Shown here: in pieces, positions 34,898-48,390 of the stretch
Layout of the letters: each line of letters starts with the position of its first letter
Position numbering within the stretch: the stretch's first letter is position 1
Source of the DNA: Octopus bimaculoides
Lineage: Eukaryota
Direction: 5' to 3'
DNA length: 50,682 bases
Assembly (NCBI RefSeq): GCF_001194135.2
Contig: NC_068983.1
Location: 56,756,778 to 56,807,459 of the forward strand
Notes under the pieces: generated by a model
Databases searched by the model: none
Seen by the model: only the letters and a program-made list of their open reading frames with translations
What the model was told of the DNA's origin: nothing
Translations under genes and position numbers: made by a program

Positions 34898-35285
34898 TTC
34901 TTTTATTTTTCTTTTATCTTTTTCAGTCATTTGACTGCGGCCATGCTGGAGTATCACCTTTAGTCGAACAAATCGACCTCAAGACTTATTCTTTGTAAGC
35001 CTGGTACTTATTCTATTGGTTGTCAAATGACGGTGGGGCGACAAAGACACACACATCTATCTATCTATCTATCTATCTATCTATACATACATACATATAT
35101 ACATATACATATATATATATATATACGATGGACGTCTTTCACTTTCCGTCTACCAAATCTACTCATAAGGCTTTCGGCCCGAGGCTGTAATAGAAGACAC
35201 TTGCCCGAGGTGCCCCGCAGTGTAACTGAACCCAGTACTATGTGGTTGGTAAGCAGGCAACTTACCACACAGCCACTCCTGCGCC
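34898..35285 (-). mobile_element. SINE family B, both modules present, with central (TA)/(TATG)/(GATA)/(TG) microsatellite
   Basis: Head reverse complement at 35130-35285 (ACTTGCCCGAGGTGCCCCGCAGTG..CTTACCACACAGCCACTCCTGCGC), microsatellite at 35046-35125, and 3' module at 34921-35045 (TTTCAGTCATTTGACTGCGGCCATGCTGGAG). Confidence 0.9.
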
Positions 35286-36239
35286 TATTTGATATTTTGA
35301 CATCTTTTATTAAAATACTTATAATATTTATGTTCATAACAGAAGTGCATTTGAAGAACCTCATAAAAGTTGAGGATAACTAGAGTGGCTACACTGACAA
35401 TGAAAGTGTGTGTCTGTCTGATTATGTCCCTCTTTTTACTTACTTCAATTTTATTACAGCGCGGAAAGATATTATTGTAAGTATTGTTACATTGGAACTA
35501 ATTTCTTGATAAAACTAAAGAAAAAAAAAGACGAAAAGAAAAAGGTTGCAGCATTGGGGAGCAGGACGGAGATTAGTTATAAAAGTTGTAAAATTCAACA
35601 AAATATTTTTAGTATTAATTCTTTAATTGCATTTGTAAGAACGTTAGAGCGCTTGGGGGTTTAGTTAAAAGAGGTATTAATATTTGAAATTTACGTCTAG
35701 AAAGTTAGTTTTACTATACTAATGTAGAGTCCTCCATTGTAAGACAAATTTTGTAGATTTTTGTTTTCCAAAACAATATTAGTAGTTTGTACACAGTCGC
35801 TGTGGCCTTTGTGGGATATGTGCAGGGCACAGAACGTCTATATTATGTACGTATATTTGCTCAGATCGAAGGTATGGTACAATAAAAGGAGGGGCGGGTC
35901 AATTAGATTCCTTCACAGGGCAGCCACAACTCATATTATGTCACTGGTAAATTTTAAGGATAGAAATGTGTCGTCACCATAAAGACCGCAGTGAAATCGT
36001 GGAATGTCGGGTTTCAGTTTCAATAAGATAAATAAATAGACCAAGAACACTTCTCCATTATACCAAATCGTTAGGTTTCTTAGTGATATGAAAGGGGATA
36101 TCAGAGTTTTTATTGATCCCAGTAAATTTTTGTAATGTACCACTGTATTATGTGCGTAACGAATAACATTTCTTCGTTGTTTAGAATTTCAATAAAAGGG
36201 GACGTAGAAAGCAACTCGAAGTTCCCATTAAAATAAGTA

Positions 36240-36623
36240 TGTTGTTGGCACTCCGTCGCTTACGACGTCGCGGGTTCCAGTTGATCCGATCAACGGAACA
36301 GCATGCTCGTGAAATTAACGTGCAAGTGGATGAGCACTCCACAGACACTTGTACCCTTTACGTAGTTCTCGGGGAGATTCAGCGTGACACAGTGTGACAA
36401 GGCTGGCCCTTTGAATTACAGGCACAACAGAAACAGGAAGTAAAAGTGAGAGAAAGTTGTTGTGAAAGAGTACAGCAGGGTTCTCCACCATCCCCTACCG
36501 GAGCCTCGTGGAGCATTAGGTGTTTTCGCTCAATAAGCACTCACAACGCCCGGTCTGGGATTTGAAACCGCGATCCTATGACCGCGAGTCCGCTGCCCTA
36601 ACCACTGGGATAGTGCGCCTCCA
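36240..36623 (-). mobile_element. SINE family A, full length
   Basis: Reverse complement of family A from the GGCACTCCGTCGCTTACGACG tail to the GCGCCTCCA head. Confidence 0.93.
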
Positions 36624-38780
36624 CCTTCTAGATAATAATACATGTTAACATAATTTTGTAATGTAAGTAACGTAAGCAAAAGTATGTTAAAAACCTTCGT
36701 ATGAATTATCAACAGTTGTCCGGTCGGTTATATCACAAGACAAGAGAATCAGAATAGCTAAAAGAAAAAAGAATACGTATACGTGAGGTAAATACAGAAA
36801 CAGAGAGGCGTAGAAAGAGAGGAAAATGGTATGATTAATTAAGGCAGAGGGGGAAAGACATTTATAGATAGGGAGAAAAAAGCAGTATGAGTAAAAGAGT
36901 GAAAGGGAGAGAGAGGTAGGAGGGAAGAAAGGTGGCGGAGAGAGAGATGAATGGAGACAGAGGAATCTAATGTAACTCTTTTAACGGTTGCCGAAAGTGT
37001 CCGCTACAAGAACTGCACTAAGGTGTTTGAGGCTTCCTGAAATATATTTATAATTGTTTCTGAGCAAACATGCAACCTCCGGAACAGAGCAGACTTAATG
37101 AAAATAGATGGCTTTCAGCTACTGAAACGAAATATATTTTGACTGTCATTTTTGTAGCTACACATTTAGATTTTGCTGTCTTCCTCTTTCTATATTTCAT
37201 TCTTGCTCGCTATTTCTTTTAAAAATATTTTGTATCNNNNNNNNNNNNNNNNNNNNNNNNNNNNNNNNNNNNNNNNNNNNNNNNNNNNNNNNNNNNNNNN
37301 NNNNNNNNNNNNNNNNNNNNNNNNNNNNNNNNNNNNNNNNNNNNNNNNNNNNNNNNNNNNNNNNNNNNNNNNNNNNNNNNNNNNNNNNNNNNNNNNNNNN
37401 NNNNNNNNNNNNNNNNNNNNNNNNNNNNNNNNNNNNNNNNNNNNNNNNNNNNNNNNNNNNNNNNNNNNNNNNNNNNNNNNNNNNNNNNNNNNNNNNNNNN
37501 NNNNNNNNNNNNNNNNNNNNNNNNNNNNNNNATATGCACATACATTCGCACATAATACATGCATATATGTATCTATCTACATATGTATATATATATATAT
37601 AATATATATACATACATATAATTATACACACACACACATATACATATATGTATATATATAATTACGTGTGTATGTGTGTGTGGCCACGTTTGATATTTAA
37701 CATGGCGTTCGCTTACACAACTCCTATGAGTTTTAAATATTGCTGGAAAGCAAGGAAGAAGAATACCAAAAAGAAGCAGTGAAGAAATAATCTTCTGTCT
37801 GCCACTAGATGTTGGAACATTCTCGTTATTTTTCTTAAGAGGAATTTCAGTGCAATCTGAACAAAGAATTTTGTAAACGTAATCAAATATTCTTTTGAAA
37901 CTACCTTCATTTTGTTTCCTTCTTTCTTCACAGTAAACATGTCACGTTAAAGGTTCAGGAAACTAAATTATCTCAAATTGCACCACCTCTTATTTTCCAA
38001 TACTCTCTATTTCAGTGGCAAATGGCAAATATTGATATTTTCACTTAGCATGAGACAATTTTTTGAAAGAGAATGCATTCTACTTAATTGATTTAAAACG
38101 AATTTTTCATACAAACCTCTTGTGTGTTGTGTGTGCGTGTGTGTGTGTGTGCATGTGTGTGTGTGTGTGTGTGTGTACATGTGTGTGTGAGAGAGAGAGT
38201 CCGTGTGTGTGTGAGGAGAGAGAGACAGAGCATATGTGCGTGTGGGTCCCTTTTGAAAGAAGCGCATAATATACTGGATTGTAAAAACACTATTTAGATA
38301 ACTTGGGATTCGAACTTTAAATAATTTATATACGTTAGATTCATTATGTGAAGTTAGTCAGATATATATATATATAAATATATATANNNNNNNNNNNNNN
38401 NNNNNNNNNNNNNNNNNNNNNNNNNNNNNNNNNNNNNNNNNNNNNNNNNNNNNNNNNNNNNNNNNNNNNNNNNNNNNNNNNNNNNNNNNNNNNNNNNNNN
38501 NNNNNNNNNNNNNNNNNNNNNNNNNNNNNNNNNNNNNNNNNNNNNNNNNNNNNNNNNNNNNNNNNNNNNNNNNNNNNNNNNNNNNNNNNNNNNNNNNNNN
38601 NNNNNNNNNNNNNNNNNNNNNNNNNNNNNNNNNNNNNNNNNNNNNNNNNNNNNNNNNNNNNNNNNNNNNNNNNNNNNNNNNNNNNNNNNNNNNNTATATA
38701 TATATATATATGCATATATATGAATATATGCATGTATGTATGTATGAGTGCGTGTGTAATAGATAAGTTATATATGTGTG

Positions 38781-38817
<37 letters not shown>

Positions 38818-39625
38818 AATAAGCATATTTTATTGATTTTAAGAGAAGAAATTTGGCCTTACACGAGTTAAAAGGAAAGTATAAACTCCTTTTAATACGT
38901 ATGAAAGTATGGTGTCTTCTCTTTATCATTTTTATTATGTATGGAAACTCTAACTGCAGGAAAATTATTTCACTGACGCTGAAGCTGAATTTTCTGAACG
39001 TTATCTTCTATGTAGTTATACATGTTAAACATGATATAATTTTATTTGCAGTGCGGCAGTTTGCATTCGAAATTATCGGAACTCGAATAGCATTTTATAA
39101 AATAAATGTTATATTTTCCTTAAATACCAGCATGCTATGTACATACGTTGGCAGATATTTCCAAGAGATTAGGCAATATTAAGAATTGCATGCAGCATTT
39201 ATATCGGAGAGCATGTGCTATATTTAAGGTTATAGGAGATTATGGAGATTTCGTTAAGTGGTCATTATTTTTGCTGATTTGCTTTTATCGTTTCACATAA
39301 ATATCAAACTGACCATTTAGAAGTAATTTGTAAGCCCAGCAGTCTTACTAATTACATGGGCGATAAGAACATACTCCTGGTGTTTGTAGTTCTGGATAGG
39401 ACGACTGAGGTTGTGGTTTATTTGAAAAAATCTCGAATACTGTACGATATATTTCACCACAGCCTCTCATAGATTTGCATACAAGTCGACAGTAGTAGCT
39501 GGTTGTAAAGTTCAGAAGATGAACCCTGGATTATGTATATGTTTATAATAATCAAGAATTATCTTAATGATTGAGAATTCCCTCAGCCAAAACTACAGCG
39601 ACTCCCATGATATGTGTATAATATA

Positions 39626-39829
39626 GGTTTCAAATTTTAGCACACGGGCAGCAAGGTCTAAGGTGGTGGGTTAGTTGATTACATCGTCCCCCAAGCTCAC
39701 CAAGTATTTATTTTAGTCGATACCGAAAGGATGAAAAGCGGAGTGGATCTTGCCGAAATTTGAACTCAGAACATAAAGACGGACAAAATGCCGCTAAGTA
39801 CTTTTGCACGGCGTGCTAACTCACCGCTT
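39626..39829 (-). mobile_element. SINE family C
   Basis: GGTTTCAAATTTTAGCACA..GTCGATACCGAAAGGATGAAAAG..TTTGAACTCAGAACATAAAG..GCGTGCTAACTCACCGC. Confidence 0.85.
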
Positions 39830-39886
39830 TATGATTTGTGTGTAATATTGCAGTTCATTTTATATCAGATTCTATACTCCGAGCGA

Positions 39887-40140
39887 AGGCATGTAGCTTA
39901 GTGGATCCGAACTGCATTGACGATCGCAAGATCATGGTTTCGATTCCTTCACCGGGCATTTGGGGGTCTGTTGTGTTCTTGAGCAAAACACTTCATTTCT
40001 CGTTGGTGCAATTCACACAGTTGTACATGAACAACCCTGCAACGAACCGTTTTCCGCTGAGAGGAAATGATATGATTTCGCTCACTTACACGCAATTGGA
40101 TCCGGGTAACCAACAGTATGAATCCGAGGACTCGTGACTC
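39887..40140 (+). mobile_element. tRNA-derived SINE family D (CORE-like GTTGTGTTCTTGAGCAAAACACTT)
   Basis: Head GGCATGTAGCTTAGTGG..GGTTTCGATTCC. The core motif is shared with the minus-strand copy at 48130-48390. Confidence 0.7.
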
Positions 40141-40354
40141 GAGACATTAATTATGTTTTCGCTACACTTCCAAGCGATGATTAGTAGCGTTGATTAGGCC
40201 GTGTTATCTAACCCCAGGTTAACTCTAATTAGTCAAGCTTTTAAACAAAGGTATTACATTTGTGGACATCCAGTACTTTTGTAGAAGTACGATAACATTA
40301 TCCAGTAACTCATCTCCTTTCTTCAGTATCAAAAGTGTTATTTTAGACTGATTA

Positions 40355-40871
40355 CACTAAGCCCTCGACTATTACGTGTGTTACGTTCCAACCACGATGA
40401 GTGAAAATCCGCGAAGTAGAAACAATACAGTATATTTTTAAAAATTATTTTTACAATTAGTATATATGTATTTTATTATCTTTTATATATTCAAGCTTTT
40501 ATAAACTCTTTCCACCCTCTTAGGAGTACTCGAGTCTTCTCATTTTTGCCTCCCGAGTTTAGTTTTCCATACAGTATGTGTGATTCTTTGTTTACTCATC
40601 TACGGTACAATACGTATTTTCTTTTAATATATTTTAATTAATGTTATACAGTGCAGTACTCTACTCTATTTTTATTTATTAATTTATTAATTTGTAGGCG
40701 TGAAAATGCTTATTTTACCAAACATTCTTAAAAAATATAAATACCTATGGGCCGCAAATACCCGCGATATAGTGCCGAGTCCACAATATAAATTTACATA
40801 TATTAACCAGAAAAAATCCGCGATGTTCTGGAGGCGCGATAGGTGAACCGCGATATAGTGAGTGACTACTG
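40355..40871 (-). mobile_element. pogo/Tigger-type MITE, second copy (inverted relative to 21493)
   Basis: TA|CACTAAGCCCTCGACTA..GTTACGTTCCAA..GTGAAAATCCGCGAAGTAGAAAC ... GATAGGTGAACCGCGATATAGTGAGTGACTACTG|TA. Confidence 0.85.
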
Positions 40872-41837
40872 TAACTCCTATTTCTTACAGATCAGCCATA
40901 TCACAAAGGCTATCTAACTGTCTCCCTCTTTTTCTCTCTATCTCTCGTAAACCTATAAAGTGGTTACTACGGGTTAAGGTGAAATATTAAAATAACATGA
41001 ATATGGTTGTGAAATGCAAATCAAAGAAATTGAGCTGGATACTAATATAATTCAGGTTTGAGTAAAATTTTCAGTATTCAAACTGGTTGATACAATACAC
41101 AAAAAATCTTGAGTGAAGGGCATGCATATACAGGGGTTATGGTTAATTGCGAAGTTTTGTGTGTATATATAACATTCAGAAAGCTGAATCTGTTAGTTAG
41201 AAACTGAGTTAGCACACGTTGCAGCTTAACGATTTTCATTCTTCATTGTATAGTGAAAAATTTTGAATTAACATAAGCACATATATTACTCATTTCCTTT
41301 AAATAGCTTTGTAAAACTGCAAGAATCATACGACAGATTATGAAACATGAAACTAATTTGCTTACTATTAGTCATTTTGCAAAGTATTGATTAATTTATC
41401 AAATATTTCCTTTAAAACTTTTGTATAAATTATTTAAACGTCAGAAGAGAATCAAAGAAAAGCTATTCCGTCAACAATAACCGTATATAACAGTTCAGCA
41501 ATGGACAGACGATCGTCTTTTAATGTAAGCACCCAAGAGACAGTATTCGTACGAAATGTAAACGATATTAGCTTGGAACACTAGTGAATTGAGGTTATAT
41601 CTTATAAAACGGAGAGAAATGGAGAAGATTGCAGAACATACGTAAATTCTACGAAAACTGAAAAAATTCATAGTACAGAGCTCCATATGATATTACGAAT
41701 TTGAATTGGTTACAGAATAGATATTTCTATATAATTATGCTCATCTTTCAGAGTTCGATAATGGTGATGAAAAATGTTCTTCACGCACAAAAGGTGTCAG
41801 TGCTTAGGTAACTGCTTGTGTGCATGAGTATACGTAT

Positions 41838-41838
41838 G

Positions 41839-41920
<82 letters not shown>
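41838..41920. repeat. (TATC)n microsatellite adjoining an N-gap
   Basis: Directly visible. Confidence 0.95.
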
Positions 41921-42324
41921 NNNNNNNNNNNNNNNNNNNNNNNNNNNNNNNNNNNNNNNNNNNNNNNNNNNNNNNNNNNNNNNNNNNNNNNNNNNNNNNN
42001 NNNNNNNNNNNNNNNNNNNNNNNNNNNNNNNNNNNNNNNNNNNNNNNNNNNNNNNNNNNNNNNNNNNNNNNNNNNNNNNNNNNNNNNNNNNNNNNNNNNN
42101 NNNNNNNNNNNNNNNNNNNNNNNNNNNNNNNNNNNNNNNNNNNNNNNNNNNNNNNNNNNNNNNNNNNNNNNNNNNNNNNNNNNNNNNNNNNNNNNNNNNN
42201 NNNNNNNNNNNNNNNNNNNNNNNNNNNNNNNNNNNNNNNNNNNNNNNNNNNNNNNNNNNNNNNNNNNNNNNNNNNNNNNNNNNTATACATATGTATGTAT
42301 ATATATTATATATTATATTATATT

Positions 42325-42365
<41 letters not shown>

Positions 42366-42589
42366 AACGAATGAGTAAACAAGTAAAAGAAAGAAGCCCT
42401 CGGTACATTTAGTTATTGTTTTTGTATTTAATAACAATGTAACTCACCCCTAGATCCCCAGATTTTCAAGGTCAAGCGGATTTGGTGCTTTTACCTGTCG
42501 TTTCACCGAAAGCGCATGTGCTACCTGTATCTTCCATCGAATTTGTTACCTGTCCTACTCGTGTGCTGCTTCACGATGCCATCCCAAGG

Positions 42590-43110
42590 TAAGAGTGTTT
42601 AATTTTGGAAGCGATATTAGCGAAGCAGCTACATACAACTTCGACGTTAAGGAATTAAAGTGTTCATATGTTTGGCTTCTTGAGAAGTGATGTATAATTA
42701 CCACCACGATATCCCTTGATATATATTACTGGACACATCTAAATAAAATACAGGACCAAAGCGATTTAACGATCTCTCTCCGACTCTTTTCGAGATAGGT
42801 CGTGTGGTGGGTTCTCCGCATCTATTAACATATAAATAAAACTAATACTCTTTATAGCAGAGTGCTGGAATGTTGAAGAACTCACGGCCGACAAATATGC
42901 AGGAGATTCTTCTCAAGATACCTATGACTGTGTTTCTAATCACAGCTTGGGGTGGCTCGAGTGCCTGTGAATATAAAGAGTTTTCTAATTAAACGTTCTG
43001 TAGGATAGTGTTGATGTCTCGACGTCTTGTATTAAGCCGTGGAATCCGTTATCTTTGATAGGCTGAATTGTTTGAAGGTGCATATAGATCTCTTCCTGAT
43101 TTAGTGGCGT
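42590..43110 (-). mobile_element. Decayed Penelope-like element, RT thumb/linker region
   Basis: Minus strand reads TLSYRTFN*KTLYIHRHSSHP (cf. Penelope YIHxxSNHP), RFGPVFYLDVSSNI (cf. WFNPPFSxxVxTNI) and SCFANIASKIKH (cf. SYSCMPNIxSIIxxH), in the expected order with frameshifts. Confidence 0.7.
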
Positions 43111-43200
43111 ACCATGGCGTACCATTCGTAGAGCATGAAATTTTCATACCATCGTCTCTTTACTGTGATAAACAGTGGAGTACATATGTATGTTATACTA

Positions 43201-43237
<37 letters not shown>

Positions 43238-43319
43238 NNNNNNNNNNNNNNNNNNNNNNNNNNNNNNNNNNNNNNNNNNNNNNNNNNNNNNNNNNNNNTA
43301 TATATATGTATATATACAG

Positions 43320-43350
<31 letters not shown>

Positions 43351-44019
43351 GAAAACACACACATATATGATAAACCCAGTAAGGCGTTTTGTATTTTTCG
43401 CACCATCATGGTAAACAAATTTTTGTCCCAAATATCCAGAATGAAAGACGAATAGTTTGTAAGTAAGGAAAAATAGAATAAAACCAATCTTTAAGGCAGA
43501 AAGATTGTTTTATTAAGAATGTAGCCAACGGTATTTGGTGGACAGGAAGTATGTGGATTCAATAGATTCCAACGGAAAGAAAGGAAAGAAAATGTAGATT
43601 GAATATCGATTGTGCGTAGGTGGAGAAAGTTATCATTCGTGTACTTAGGCATGTATGTATATACGGATGTGTAATAAATTCTGTAAGTGCATGGATAGCA
43701 TGTGTGAATGAGAGTGCAGCTTTAAGTGCGTGAGAGAGGGTATGTGCGATTTATCACATTCCCCTTGTATACTTTCCATATGTATATTTACAGAAATTTG
43801 CACACAAACTCACTCACATGTATACATACATACATACATACATACATAAATACATACATACATACATACATACACAATTGCACACAAGCATTATACAATC
43901 TCTTATGTTCAAACACCCACACATACACGTCTTAGTAAAAACCATTGACATTGATGCTGTGTACCTATGTGCTGTTGGAGCCGATCTTTTCTTACACGGC
44001 ACACCAGTCATTTGCACAC

Positions 44020-44700
44020 AGATATAAAGTCCTGTTGTAAATCAATGGCTTTAAACGAAGAATATAATAATGCCAACGTTATTTTCCAACTTCTGTGCAG
44101 TTGAAATTGCTTATGTGTTTAAGGATTGTGACCTGTGTACCTTAGTCCGCTTTAACACATGAGATAAACCATAAAATCGAAATCGTTTCAAATTCGAAAC
44201 AAATATTTTCCACACACTCCAGTTAGCGATTTGTCGTTCGCTGATGATCTTGGTATTATAGCTCACTCGAAACAAGATGTTCTGGAAAGAATGAACCTAT
44301 TCTCTAGTACCATTATTGCATTTGGAGTTGAATAACTCTTAAGAAACCAAAGTCATGTTTATGCCTGTCCACGGGAAATCGTATGGCTAAACAAATATAC
44401 TTAACCAATGGAACAGACGTGAAGTACTGGATTCTTTTGCATATTTTGCACCTCTACTTCCAAGAAAAGATTCTTAGATTCAGAGATTAATTAGATAATT
44501 ACGAAAGCTTAAGTTGCATAGGATGAGATGATACAAGCACTGCACATGCGAAACTTGGCGGACCTCAGATTCCTCTTTGAACAGACTAGGTTTTCAATAT
44601 ATGGAATATTGAAGAGATCCGAAGCTTAAAAGGTGCATAATTTGGCATACCAAAACAGGATCTCTGAATGTATAGGAGTTGTATAGCTGTGAAAATGTAC
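44020..44700 (+). mobile_element. Decayed RTE (BovB-like) LINE RT fragment
   Basis: Pieces read IMPTLFSNFCAVEIAYVFKDCD, VSDLSFADDLGIIAHSKQDVLERMNLFSSTIIAFG, (fs)KKPKVMFMP and EVLDSFAY. These correspond to the APTLF..AFxDC, LLFADD, LKKTKVMxQP and FxYL motifs of RTE RTs. Confidence 0.8.
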
Positions 44701-46055
44701 AATGAACGTACACACACACATATAGAAGCTCGATAATTTTACCTTAGATAATAGCTTGTGTACGGTTTAAAAACCTTTGATAGTGTAAAACGAGTCATAA
44801 CATGGGATGCACTGTACTTGTATGATTTTCTTGGAAAAGCAATTTAATTGAATTAATTATAAAAGTATACATCGAATAAGCGTAGCAATTTGCGTGTAGC
44901 TTACTGCAATGGAGTTTTCTGTTGCTTCCTTTATGAAAACTATCGATGTTTGAAGAAAACGAATTGACGTTGTAGCAGAGATCTTGCTCAGAATTGAAGT
45001 AAGAAGATTTAGGTATAAAATTAAATCGGCTTGAAATTAGCATTACCATATTTGGTAATGTGGAGCAGAGTTTAGCTGCGCTATACAATCGGGCACTATC
45101 AAAACACTGTCATTTTTTTTTTCATCCAATCACATTTGAAGTCAATATTAATTTCGAATGTAAAGAACAAGGCTAGACATTTGAAGTCAGTATTAATAAG
45201 CGTTGACAGGCAAAAAATTTGTTTTAAATTTCCGTGCTTAAAACTCTAAATGAACACTCTGGAATTTTTTAACAAACTTTTATCGACTTTCAACTTCGGA
45301 AAATTGTATTTCTTGAGGGAATTTTCTTATTGCAGACTGAGGCTATGTGATTTTAGATCCACATTGATAAGATATCTCTTAAATCATAATTTCATAATTC
45401 TTTCAGAATATTCCACTGTCTTTTATTTTATACACATTTACTTACAAAATTATACAACAAATTCTAAATTATGTATATATAACTTACTGATATAGCAAAC
45501 ATTTTTTGAATATATTTCCTTTGTTTTTTCTCAATTGTCATTAAATCTCTTTCATTAATGTTTAAACCACCTAACAACAAACAAAATATTTATTAATTGA
45601 AAGTTTTTGTCATATTTTACTTAAGCAGATTATATTGCTTAATTTGGTCGGCTTAAAAATAAACATCAATGAAATTAAAGTTATGAAAATTGATCAAGAA
45701 AGTAAGAGGAAGGTGAAAACCGAATGATGCTGTTTTAGAAAGTGAATTTAATGAAAGATTTAAGGGGAAAATTATGCAATGCGAATATTTTGAAATATTT
45801 AGAAATAAACCTACCATTCACACATACATTTGTATAAAAGCCGACCTACGGTTGTGGAGTTCCGAGTAAGTTGAATAATTGCACCCTTACAAGCAAATCT
45901 TGAAATGAAAAGAATGCAAATGTTGGATTTAAATGTTTATTATAAAGCACAAGCAAAAGAGAATATTTCGAACACAACATCATATTCCGTGTCCATTCAT
46001 TAACATAACGAGGAAGAAAAAGAGAAGGAAGAAAGTAAGACCGTATTTATATTAA

Positions 46056-46256
46056 TTTCAAATTTTGGCACAAGTTCAGCAAGTCCGAGAGAGGAGTAAG
46101 TCGATTACAACGACTCCAGTGCCAAATGGTACTTATTTTATCAACTCCAAAAAGATGAAAGGCGAAGTGGACCTCGGCGGAATTCGAACTCAGAACGCAA
46201 AGATGGACAAAATGCCACTAAGCATTTCGCCCGATGTGTTAACAATTCTTCCACCT
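46056..46256 (-). mobile_element. SINE family C
   Basis: TTTCAAATTTTGGCACAAG..GTACTTATTTTATC..AAGATGAAAGGCGAAGTGGACCTCGGCGGAATTCGAACTCAGAACG..CTAAGCATTTCGCCC. Confidence 0.87.
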
Positions 46257-46536
46257 CAAAGTCTTAGACCGTATCTATATTACTGATAACTATATCAACG
46301 CATTTTTCTTAGAAGAATGTAAATATGTGCGAAAGTTTAAATGATGTCACAGATGTCCTGTAGTTGTAGCGGATATCAAGGAATGTTTATGTATTGGTTT
46401 TATTGTATTAATCATTTTCAGAATTTCCGTTCAATTTCTGTAAAACCCCTAAACACGTAAAACGGATCATTATGATCCGTGGCACCCTTTACGTACGCCA
46501 GAGTTGTCGGTGCCCCCAGTGAGTGTGTGTGAGTAT

Positions 46537-46579
<43 letters not shown>

Positions 46580-47133
46580 NNNNNNNNNNNNNNNNNNNNN
46601 NNNNNNNNNNNNNNNNNNNNNNNNNNNNNNNNNNNNNNNNNNNNNNNNNNNNNNNNNNNNNNNNNNNNNNNNNNNNNNNNNNNNNNNNNNNNNNNNNNNN
46701 NNNNNNNNNNNNNNNNNNNNNNNNNNNNNNNNNNNNNNNNNNNNNNNNNNNNNNNNNNNNNNNNNNNNNNNNNNNNNNNNNNNNNNNNNNNNNNNNNNNN
46801 NNNNNNNNNNNNNNNNNNNNNNNNNNNNNNNNNNNNNNNNNNNNNNNNNNNNNNNNNNNNNNNNNNNNNNNNNNNNNNNNNNNNNNNNNNNNNNNNNNNN
46901 NNNNNNNNNNNNNNNNNNNNNNNNNNNNNNNNNNNNNNNNNNNNNNNNNNNNNNNNNNNNNNNNNNNNNNNNNNNNNNNNNNNNNNNNNNNNNNNNNNNN
47001 NNNNNNNNNNNNNNNNNNNNNNNNNNNNNNNNNNNNNNNNNNNNNNNNNNNNNNNNNNNNNNNNNNNNNNNNNNNNNNNNNNNNNNNNNNNNNNNNNNNN
47101 NNNNNNNNNNNNNNNNNNNNNNNNNNNNNNNNN

Positions 47134-47188
<55 letters not shown>

Positions 47189-47372
47189 CGTGTGTGTGTG
47201 TGTATTTGTGTGCTAGTGTTTGTATCCCGACCATCGGTTCGGCAAAAGAGACCAATAGAGTAAGTACTAGTCTTACAAAGAATAAGTCCTGAGGTCGATT
47301 TACTCAACTAAAGCCGGTGCTCCAGCATGGCTGCACTCAGATGACTGAAACAAATAAAAGAGTAAAAGAGTA
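47134..47372 (+). mobile_element. SINE family B 3' half after (TG)n and an N-gap
   Basis: CGGTTCGGCAAAAGAGACCAATAGAGTAAGTACTAG..GTGCTCCAGCATGGCTGCACTCAGATGACTGAAACAAATAAAAGAGTAAAAGAGT. Confidence 0.88.
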
Positions 47373-48129
47373 AGCTTCCATGTAGAGGGATTGAACCTGA
47401 GTCTTTATAGTTGTGAAGTGAATTTTATAAGCACGTGATCATGCCTGAGATCATTAACAAACAGATTTGATGACAGGGCATGTTCTGGTTATGCTCAAAG
47501 ATATTTGAACGTTATTTCCACTTAGTTTTCAAAAGACCGCCATAACTATTGACAATGAATATCAAATAACGTACATTTGATATTCAATAGCTTTCACTGC
47601 ATCACCTTTAGAACCTGTAACTTCAGTCGCTATTACTGGAAGCATTGATCTTTATACTGTTTTCATTATTTTATGTCAACGACTCTAAGCAGTTAACACT
47701 TGCTATAAAAACATTATGATTGATTCATTCAAGTGTAGAATGTTAGGAGGAACAATAAAGTAGTAAACTAACTTAAATTCTTTAGAATATCTGGTTCCTT
47801 CTAATGCCATAGAGCATCACAGATAGTAAATTGCTAGAATAAATGGTTTCCAGTATTTGCTTCAATATTTTGTTTATTGATATTTTGTTACGGGAAAAAT
47901 AAGAAAATAAAGAAATAAATGAAAATTAGGATATCACTTTATTTTTTCAACATTCTGGGTTTTAACGAAATATGTGCACTTTGTGTTCGGTTCTTGGCAT
48001 ATTCTTCTATTGCACCACTTACAGAACTGTAGGGTGTTGTTTGTGCAATTTTATGTTACAGATTTTCATCATTGCTCTGCCGCACTACTAACGATTTTGT
48101 TATGTAACATTTCTTGATGAAGTGGTCAA

Positions 48130-48390
48130 TCAGACTATCAGTTATACGTCGCTGGTCACAATGCGCTTTGCATCAGTTTAGCTTTCGAATTACGCCACCA
48201 CGCTGGCTAGACGAGCAGGTTAACATTCCCCCCTGATCGGAAGGTTGGTCCGTTGCAGTGTTGCACATCTACAATTTAGTAGAGTGCAGCATCGTAAAAC
48301 AAAGTGTTTTGCTCAAGAACACAACGCCCTGCACAGCCTGGGAATCTAAACCACGATCGATAGATCGTGAGTGCAAAATCCTAACCGAAA
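48130..48390 (-). mobile_element. tRNA-derived SINE family D
   Basis: Minus strand reads GGTTAGGATTTTGCACTCACGATC..GGTTTAGATTCCCAGG..GCGTTGTGTTCTTGAGCAAAACACTTTG..GCAAAGCGCATTGTGACCAGCGA. Confidence 0.72.

Noticed and set aside
41752-41807. Candidate 56-nt exon (TTTCAG|AGTTCGAT..GCTTAG|GTAACT; EFDNGDEKCSSRTKGVSA*)
   Set aside because: Splice-like signals alone are expected by chance in 50 kb of AT-rich DNA. There is no homology or linked exon, so RNA-seq would be needed.
42455-42588. Candidate exon (AG...CCAAG|GTAAGA) open in all three frames
   Set aside because: It is contiguous with the Penelope-like remnant on the opposite strand, there is no recognisable protein, and no partner exons were found.
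47440-47800. Possible third RTE remnant on the minus strand (IKINAS..VRYLIFIVNSYGG)
   Set aside because: It is too degraded to call by eye.
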